Of a stretch of 57,259 nt of DNA, positions 55,792 through 57,259 are shown piece after piece (the first letter of the stretch is position 1; each line of letters opens with the position of its first letter). Source of the DNA: an uncultured Oscillospiraceae bacterium (GTDB lineage Bacteria; Bacillota; Clostridia; Oscillospirales; Oscillospiraceae). The notes beneath the pieces are model-generated. The model was not told the origin of the DNA. It did no database searches and saw only the letters and a program-made list of their open reading frames with translations. The position numbers and the translations under genes were made by a program. The stretch spans positions 1 to 57,259 of the forward strand of contig CAYUUP010000001.1 in the NCBI GenBank assembly GCA_964447925.1, given 5' to 3'.

Positions 55792-56407
55792 CCTCGCGGG
55801 CTACCCGCAGATTTTCCATAAACTCATCACACTGGCTGAAGGTCTGGGTCAGATCCCGCATAATATCCCGGATGCTAATAAGCCCCCGCAGAGTATGCTC
55901 CACAGTAGCATCCATCTGGATCTGAGCAGCGTGATAACTCTCCCGCACCTGATTCAGACGGGCATCCGCCTGCTCGTAGGTCTGCCAGCTGGTCATCTGA
56001 GCCCGCTTGATGATTTCATCTGCCCGGCTCCGGGCACCCAGTTCCATCTCCGCCAGACTGTCCTTGACATGGCCATAGGCCTCGGCCGCAGGCTTCAGTT
56101 GCTCCACCTGCTGACGCAGGGATGCGTTTTCTGACTCAAGCACAGCACACTGGGAACGCTGGTTTGTTAGCTCTATCTGAAGACTTTTGGCCTGCGCCGC
56201 CGCCTGGCTGCTCTCATCCAACTGTGCAGCCAGGTGCTGTTTCTCCTGCTCCAGCTGTTCTAGCCGTCTCTCCATCTCCTGCCGCTGGGTCTCCCATTGT
56301 TCCCGCTGCTGACGGTACTCCTCTGCCTGCCGGGTGATGTAGTCAATTACATCCTGGCGGTTAAAGCCGCCAATGGCTGTTGTTTTAAACTCCGTAGGCT
56401 GATTCAT
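55775..56407 (-). CDS. DivIVA-like coiled-coil protein
   Basis: The N-terminal FKTTAIGGFNRQDVIDYI resembles the DivIVA lipid-binding head, and a long heptad-rich coiled coil follows. ATG at 56407 lies 9 nt after aaagggg and downstream of the predicted promoter. Confidence 0.65.
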   Translation of the reverse strand: MNQPTEFKTTAIGGFNRQDVIDYITRQAEEYRQQREQWETQRQEMERRLEQLEQEKQHLAAQLDESSQAAAQAKSLQIELTNQRSQCAVLESENASLRQQVEQLKPAAEAYGHVKDSLAEMELGARSRADEIIKRAQMTSWQTYEQADARLNQVRESYHAAQIQMDATVEHTLRGLISIRDIMRDLTQTFSQCDEFMENLRVAREDDRDG

Positions 56408-56443
56408 CCAGCTCATCCCCTTTCGAAGTGACACTCTATCTGT

Positions 56444-56472
56444 CATTTTACCACATGCGCCACGAATTTACA
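56444..56472 (-). promoter_or_regulatory. Candidate extended -10 promoter (TTGTAA-17-TAAAAT with TG) for the long minus-strand gene array
   Basis: The plus strand shows atttta (56444-56449) and ttacaa (56467-56472), 17 nt apart. On the minus strand this reads ttgtaa..gtggtaaaat. Confidence 0.5.
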
Positions 56473-56653
56473 ATCTTTTTCCGAGTCTAGTATTGCATTT
56501 TCCAATGTGCGGAGCGGGTGCAGACCTTTTCCTCTAAAAATTATAACCTATTCTGATGATCTGTGGCACCTGCTCAGATGTGCAAGTGAACTATTATATG
56601 GTTTCCCCAACACGCTCTGGCAGAACACGATCTCAAACATGAAGTTGAAGAGT

Positions 56654-56908
56654 TCCGTCGCGTTCAGCGTCACGGATATATTGTTGGGCCGTTTCTCTCC
56701 GGTAGGGCGGCTGCCTCTGACTCTCCCCCGGAGCAATGTTGTACTCGCCGTCGATGCCGATGGCGTATGTGTCAGCCCCAACGATGTCCCTGGCTATGAC
56801 AAAGATCAGTATATGCCAGATAGCTTGAAGGATGAAAACGGTAAGGCCTATGCCTATCGGGATGCAGCTGGGAATTATTATGAGTTGAACTTTGGATTGA
56901 GTTATTAA
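56654..56908 (+). pseudogene. 3'-terminal remnant of a glycoside hydrolase family 3 (beta-glucosidase-like) gene
   Basis: ..VTDILLGRFSPVGRLPLTLPRS.. matches the conserved GH3 C-terminal segment (A-D-V-L-F-G-x-x-N-P-S-G-K-L-P-x-T-F-P). Only about 85 aa of an expected enzyme of more than 700 aa are present. The upstream in-frame sequence has no GH3 character and no RBS. Confidence 0.6.
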
Positions 56909-57017
56909 TCAAGCTGGCTCTCTCTCCCTCTTCGAGAGGGAGAAAGAACTGCCCGCCCATAATTCTGAGTGCTGGAAACACGAGGGTCACATCCATCAGG
57001 ATACCGAAAGGCAAAGG

Positions 57018-57057
57018 AAAGAGCTATCTGACTTCAACAGAAATCAGATAGCTCTTT
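57018..57057. terminator. Perfect 14-bp hairpin between the GH3 remnant and guaA (probable terminator)
   Basis: aaagagctatctga (57018-57031) / tcagatagctcttt (57044-57057) with a 12-nt loop. The flanks are T-containing on both strands (..ctttatt on plus, ..cctttgccttt on minus). Confidence 0.55.
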
Positions 57058-57153
57058 ATTCTCGGATAATTTAAAAATGTTGTCAAAGTGTTGTCACTCT
57101 GAACTTTTTGGGTGAGAAATCCATCGTTTATGCGAGTTTCCAAAATTTAGGCT

Positions 57154-57259
57154 CTATTCAAACTCAATTGTGGCAGGCGGCTTTGCCGTGACATCATATA
57201 GTACCCGGTTCACATGGGCCACCTCGTTGACAATGCGCGCCGAGATGCGATCCAGTAGA
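57154..57259 (-). CDS. guaA: GMP synthase (glutamine-hydrolysing), extreme C-terminus (the rest lies outside the window)
   Basis: The minus-strand translation [34 protein letters not shown] matches the conserved GuaA end (..RV.YD.T.KPP.TIEWE). Stop at 57154-57156. Confidence 0.7.
   Translation of the reverse strand, partial: LLDRISARIVNEVAHVNRVLYDVTAKPPATIEFE

Noticed and set aside
57078-57096. Tandem 8-nt motif TGTTGTCA-AAG-TGTTGTCA downstream of guaA
   Set aside because: It is a short repeat in a decayed non-coding zone. On the minus strand it could supply a TTGACA -35 box, but the matching -10 (GAGAAT) is poor and no gene follows within 600 nt.

Overview
This is a 57.3-kb chromosomal segment. 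Gene content, AGGAGG-type ribosome-binding sites and sigma-A-like promoters suggest a Clostridia-type Gram-positive anaerobe; that assignment is an inference. About 50 protein genes are supportable, and most are housekeeping. On the + strand in the left half: the gap 3' end, a GNAT gene and tgt. Next comes an A/T-richer amino-acid ABC transporter / gshA / class-II amidotransferase / PLP-lyase cluster, then thiolase and CoA-transferase A/B. A convergent Cys-type formate dehydrogenase and its NuoF(FeS)-GltD-like partner lie on the - strand, followed by focA-fdhD. After these come a C39-like peptidase and alr on the - strand. Then on the + strand: an FHA-SEDS fusion with a class B PBP, a DUF3810 protein, comF, an LbH protein and glmM. 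Next are a Xer-type recombinase and an M50-like protease (- strand), then argS, a TVP38 protein, a CDF metal exporter behind a structured leader, and a fabF-like KAS / AMP-ligase / thioesterase trio. From about 56.4 kb down to 39.0 kb there is one long minus-strand array: DivIVA-like, fumarase beta, murB, a truncated rapZ, yvcK, whiA, vanZ, a LURP-like gene, dnaE, cls, glf, a His-phosphatase-GNAT fusion, tsaE, tsaB, upp, glmS and a NYN/OST-HTH gene. The window ends with a GH3 gene remnant and the guaA 3' end. I found no rRNA, tRNA, CRISPR array, transposase or recognisable defence system. The most interesting items are: (1) the gshA / YafJ-like amidotransferase / PLP C-S-lyase cluster with its transporter, which recalls EgtA/EgtC/EgtE but lacks EgtB/EgtD. 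It sits behind a consensus promoter buried in a 17-bp-arm perfect palindrome and a leader carrying a tandem-Cys uORF. (2) An ACP-less KAS + adenylating enzyme + hotdog thioesterase operon. (3) A perfect A/T-rich palindrome with dif-like 11-6-11 geometry next to the Xer gene. (4) A riboswitch-like leader with a terminator ahead of the CDF transporter. (5) A rapZ reduced to about one third of its length by an apparently in-frame deletion. All functional calls rest on motif recognition by eye. No database search was run.
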